Of a stretch of 36,932 nt of DNA, positions 36,601 through 36,932 are shown piece by piece. Every line of letters begins with the position of its first letter. Position 1 is the first letter of the stretch. The notes under the pieces are model-generated. The model was given only the letters and a program-made list of their open reading frames with translations, ran no database searches and was not told where the DNA came from. The position numbers and the translations under genes are program-made. The stretch covers positions 1-36,932 of the forward strand of contig JAZOOC010000296.1 in the NCBI GenBank assembly GCA_045654825.1, read 5' to 3'. The DNA is from Clostridia bacterium. Its GTDB lineage: Bacteria; Bacillota; Clostridia; UMGS1840; HGM11507.

Positions 36601-36932
36601 GAATGGGGCACAAAAACCGCACAGCACCTTAATGTTGCAGAGCTTGCATCAGCAGTTGTTCTGGGCTACGATTGGCTCTATGACTGGCTTGGCGAGGAGC
36701 GCCGCGAAACAGTAAGACGTGCTTTAGCGGAAAAAGGTGTAAAAGCAGGCATCAAGTTTTTAGATGAAAATAAATGGTGGCTCACCAGCGTATCAAACTG
36801 GAATATGGCAATGGCGGGAGGACTTAGTCTTGCCGCGTTGGGAATTCTTTCCGAAGAACCAATTCTTTCTTCACATCTTATATCAAGATATTTGAATTAT
36901 GCAGAAAATTCATTATCTTCCTTCTATCCCAA
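33622..36932 (+). CDS. second heparinase II/III-type lyase paralog (3' end beyond the window) with two N-terminal copies of the recurrent module
   Basis: Absent from the ORF track because it has no stop inside the window. GTG start at 33622, 8 nt after GAAAGGAAG, with signal peptide VNRFISIVLAFVMLVGTFAFSPLSFA. I translated this frame by hand across 34321-36250 and found no stop. VCYDRPSRDTILEDF..THPSLLVGEGGFERIK and WWLTSVSNWNMAMAGGLSLAA parallel the 29147 gene. Confidence 0.8.
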   Translation, partial: MNRFISIVLAFVMLVGTFAFSPLSFASGFSSSQTFYPVADGCYDSYPTWKASESSVLRVTESTKDPQSIRSSYLMFDMSEIRNNLSKGCEISRAYVKLTLKEMNKNFNNFNTNSAAEGPRVALYAFSDDSWDELGINKPTPLTKAQATNSFVSVNPENPELNYACIPNKATNYPFELDITKHIKEVSADVDDKYMSLEMGYRQRYPANSTYVIYSKEVGNVSYRPQLVVEYTSKKLKVEDVTIAAQGPLTEVSTISVAKGNAKWSENPSVDSGTLKESIVSDLNNGDTFVSFKINIKSVDALSKNIAFRGHKDSSNCSYLKLILTDDTEVKIKPSMSAQATTDEPDEPFALNSGSVITIYENKNAGFLKFNLQDYKDRIDEIKDAKLVIKPTYAATANFTLSAFKIYDDSWTCDDLTWNNMPKSSSLEVAEDLSHGDIKLEAIVANNLGSEKTFTLVYALYKTDFFGNKTLEQIKTDNITLSDASKIKKGEYFNLSALSSGESYEGKVMLLDSLGNLKPLSAPYDIGFKYDCYLFEGFNSYTGAGAPNIKGISADAGDGSLESSLSKEEWGNCIRLTSKTGDAPYAEFELGELPSKFTISLNLMLAGALGERSIYLKDSDGNTNSLVTTSADKILIGGIEAGTFKNAKFYDLKIDINQKTGTVAVLLDDKNLGSANLDLSDFVISRLGITQGSIGSTSSFFADNVAVYSGEAPNNSVFISGDGTQVAVSHILDSSLAFFNMSDSFVKFGNREKIVFPPYINETGVAMLELSSLAKALGGSCVYNGNTVSLAAKGKTITASLGSDILECNTNSVQMKALAEKTNGKIYADGEALSKALGFNWFYDNHGIILVSDKDYSASISLYPKLLEALVRKVCYDRPSRDTILEDFISAGKADTHPSLLVGEGGFERIKGYIKTDEEFRSWYERIKEGTEYMLTMAPIEYKRNDGRRLNNAQEMYTRYLPRLYIMYNLSGEEKYAEAAWKHLEVLCSNAYPEWGTKTAQHLNVAELASAVVLGYDWLYDWLGEERRETVRRALAEKGVKAGIKFLDENKWWLTSVSNWNMAMAGGLSLAALGILSEEPILSSHLISRYLNYAENSLSSFYP
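33718..34317 (+). repeat. recurrent module, copy C1
   Basis: YPVADGCYDSYPTW ... RSSYLMFDMSEIRNNLSKGCEISRAYVKLTL ... NTNSAAEGPRVALYAFSDDSWDE ... LDITKHI ... MSLEMGY ... YRPQLVVEY. Confidence 0.7.
34612..34890 (+). repeat. recurrent module, copy C2 (short or degenerate)
   Basis: Has NAGFLKFNLQDYKDRIDEIKDAKLVIKPTY ... FTLSAFKIYDDSWTCDDLTWNNMP. It keeps the central LKF-L / SLY-DD-W core but I cannot follow the C-terminal half. Confidence 0.4.

Noticed and set aside
1-36932. CRISPR arrays, tRNA/rRNA genes, riboswitch or T-box leaders, and intact transposases or phage genes.
   Set aside because: I scanned all intergenic regions (the longest are 1294-1620, 1895-2582, 9459-9651 and 13810-13944). 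I found no regularly spaced direct repeats, cloverleaf-like or rRNA-like sequence, or long structured leaders. Only the integrase remnant was found.

Overview
Low-GC window that looks Gram-positive, probably Bacillota/Clostridia (AGGAGG-type RBSs, SLH cell-wall anchoring domains). All family names below come from reading motifs in the translations; no database search was run. It has three parts. (1) 1-4200 is an accessory-looking, visibly more AT-rich segment. It holds a DUF4143-type AAA ATPase, a decayed tyrosine-integrase remnant with other gene debris, and a two-gene module: a HipA-like kinase core followed by a HipS-like / DUF2442-like / HTH fusion protein. (2) 4277-13809 is a LacI-associated divergon. 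One arm is DegT-type aminotransferase, Gfo/Idh/MocA oxidoreductase and PIG-L deacetylase. The other arm is DUF4380, HAD phosphatase, NPP/alkaline-phosphatase-fold enzyme and an AEC transporter. Consensus promoters and palindromic operators lie between the arms, and a CocE/NonD hydrolase sits alongside. (3) 13945-36932 looks like a Gram-positive polysaccharide-utilisation locus. It holds a split secreted metallophosphoesterase, a GH88 unsaturated glucuronyl hydrolase and an AraC regulator. A terminator-free run of more than 19 kb and eight genes follows: a CN-hydrolase::GDPD fusion, a PHP phosphoesterase, two SLH-anchored surface proteins, a SASA-type O-acetylesterase, two paralogous heparinase II/III-type lyases (the second truncated by the window end) and an alpha/beta esterase. 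The most interesting signals are a recurring ~200-aa N-terminal module present in at least five copies, five different phosphoesterase folds and no sulfatase around a lyase/GH88 core, and the unusual HipA-like split architecture. No rRNA, tRNA, CRISPR array or intact mobile element was seen.
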